Shown one piece after another: positions 62,164 to 64,000 of a stretch of DNA of 64,000 bases (positions are counted from its first letter, which is position 1; each line of letters begins with the position of its first letter). The notes below the pieces were generated by a model. It ran no database searches and had not been told where the DNA came from. It saw only the letters and a program-made list of their open reading frames with translations. The DNA comes from Zancudomyces culisetae HAW-14-8 (lineage: Eukaryota; Fungi; Kickxellomycota), in the NCBI GenBank assembly GCA_052426225.1, contig JBNJNM010000011.1, forward strand, positions 124,001 to 188,000, in the 5' to 3' direction. The translations under genes and the position numbers were made by a program.

Positions 62164-64000
62164 AAGATGAATCCTAAACAAATAGTTATAGTGCAAAAAG
62201 CGAAAGATAAAGCACAAAAGACACAATTATTGAATAAAATAAAATACAAGAAAATTTAAGAGAGGTTAAACACAAGTGATGGAACACATTCCGATAGACT
62301 TGCATCTCTAAAAGAGAAAAGCAAAGTCCTGTTTACTCAGGTACGCTCTAGTCCCACTTTTTCCCTTTTACGAAGACGTTTAATGTGACGAAGTTTGGAG
62401 CTGGTTCAATATACGCTTCTTTCTTTATTCTACAAGCAAAATTTTCTTGTAAAGTAAAAGTATAATTTTGATGTATACCTGACAAGCAGATCAAAGTGAA
62501 ATGATTTGCGTTCCAAAAAAGGATTTTTTTGAGGCTGAAGAAATCAATAGATTGCCATCAAGAAAAATGAATGAGAAAGGTCACTAGGGTTTTATTAGCA
62601 AAAAGAACTGTATTTCCATGTGAATGTTTTTAGTTACTTTGTCCATATTGCTTTGGCTAGCCAACAGAGTTTTAGAAAAATATTTATTCTCGAGTCTGAG
62701 TACATAGGGAAACATGATAAATCGCATTTATTTCTGAATGAGATTGTCAAAAGAAGAGAAGATGATATAACATGTACTGATGTGGATGATTTCCAAAAAG
62801 GAATATAACCCAGCTGGCATTCATCGCGCCGAAAGTGGAAATTTTACTCTTTCTAGAGCCTTTTTAGGTTATGTGTGTGAGTCAAGTAACTACAGGGTGG
62901 ATATCATGTGTGTGTGTGTGTGTGCGTAGATATTTATTCTGTACCTAATTCCATATAGAAACTCGTAATCAATCTCGTATTGTGAAACTCGATATTTTTT
63001 ATGCGAGGTTTAATGGAGTTAAAAGGCATATTGAAAGCTGTAAATAAATATATATTCATGTATTACTAAATATTGATAGGTGGAGCAACTATAATAGCTT
63101 TTTTTCTAATGATTTATGAGCTATCCTAGTCAATATAGAAGAGTCTTTCAATTAGCCCCTCTGCTGTTCATTTCAAAGTACAAATAGATACAAAGAGCCC
63201 ATCATTGTTTTACTGTTGTTCTGAGAACAACCAGTGTTTTTCTACTCAACTTTGCAGCACTATACTGGGAATTACGAATGGTACTAACAGTCTAGAACTT
63301 TGAAAATTTAAATCACATAGGAGTCAAATTAGACAGGAACATATTTAATCCAGCAGCTTCAATAAAGTTGTTTCTGAGTGCTATTTTGAAACGCCTTGAT
63401 TACACGTGTGTTACCTATTTTCATAATCCTGCCGGCCACAAGTATTACATCACCTTCAAAATTTTACCATCATTTAAGACCACCGTCTACGGCTTTGACT
63501 ATTTTTCACGCCAATTGCATATGGAACTATAGCATACAGGTAAAGAAGACACGTAATTTTTCTTGAGATTCAAACGCATCAAATACTGTACTAGATGACT
63601 AACACAACCAGATGATGGGGCTGTTTCTTCTACCGAAAAGAGAAAGTGTGACGTCCACTTGATACCCAGTCCAGTTTGGTCTATAAGCCTGTGACTACTA
63701 AAGAAAATCATGTGTGAAGGGAAAACACTGTTTGTGCGTAAAACAATATTTTTTACTTGGAAAAAAGCAAAAGTCAGATAACCAAGTGTAAGCTAGCTAC
63801 ACCGAGGGGAATGGTACCAGTGTGGTACTTAATATATCAAAAGGGAGCAGGGAATGGTGAAAAGGATGGAAACCAAACAAGATATTTTTTTCATAAAGCA
63901 CAATTTAGTATAATTGATTTGTTTTAATTAGCAGCGCGGACAAAGTGCATGTACTAATATAGGCAAATTCTATTAATTACCGCGTTCTAGTAGCACATTG

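Noticed and set aside
63130-63720. GC-richer stretch with interrupted frames, a possible pseudogene
   Set aside because: No parent protein family recognisable in any frame.

Overview
Eukaryotic, AT-rich, gene-sparse fungal DNA with short GT-AG introns and many microsatellites. The gene content and the Asn/Ser/Thr homopolymer-rich proteins suggest an early-diverging fungus, possibly a Harpellales-type insect-gut fungus (inference only). I support 17 protein-coding genes, with exon boundaries traced by hand. In order: a 5'-truncated unknown gene, CBF5/dyskerin, an augmin HAUS6-like gene, a small secreted Cys-rich protein, BLOC-1 subunit 1, PEX1, a CorA-family Mg2+ transporter, glutathione synthetase, a Kel1/Tea1-like kelch protein, a PX-BAR sorting nexin, a putative GPI-anchored protein, CZIB/DUF866, SmD3, a minimal velvet-like protein, a ~2458-aa secreted/surface-anchored helical protein, an ACS-family MFS transporter and an Xaa-Pro dipeptidase. 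BLOS1 (with a GC-AG intron) and the 7-exon CZIB gene are absent from the ORF track, and the velvet-like gene appears there only as one fragment. The most interesting items are: (i) an unannotated ~300-nt minus-strand segment (61861-62163) that folds into a closed multi-helix, G-U-rich structure, a candidate ncRNA of unknown class; (ii) the giant orphan surface protein; (iii) the stripped-down velvet-like protein; (iv) an orientation-independent G-to-C skew switch across several genes. No tRNA, rRNA, CRISPR array or recognisable transposon was found.
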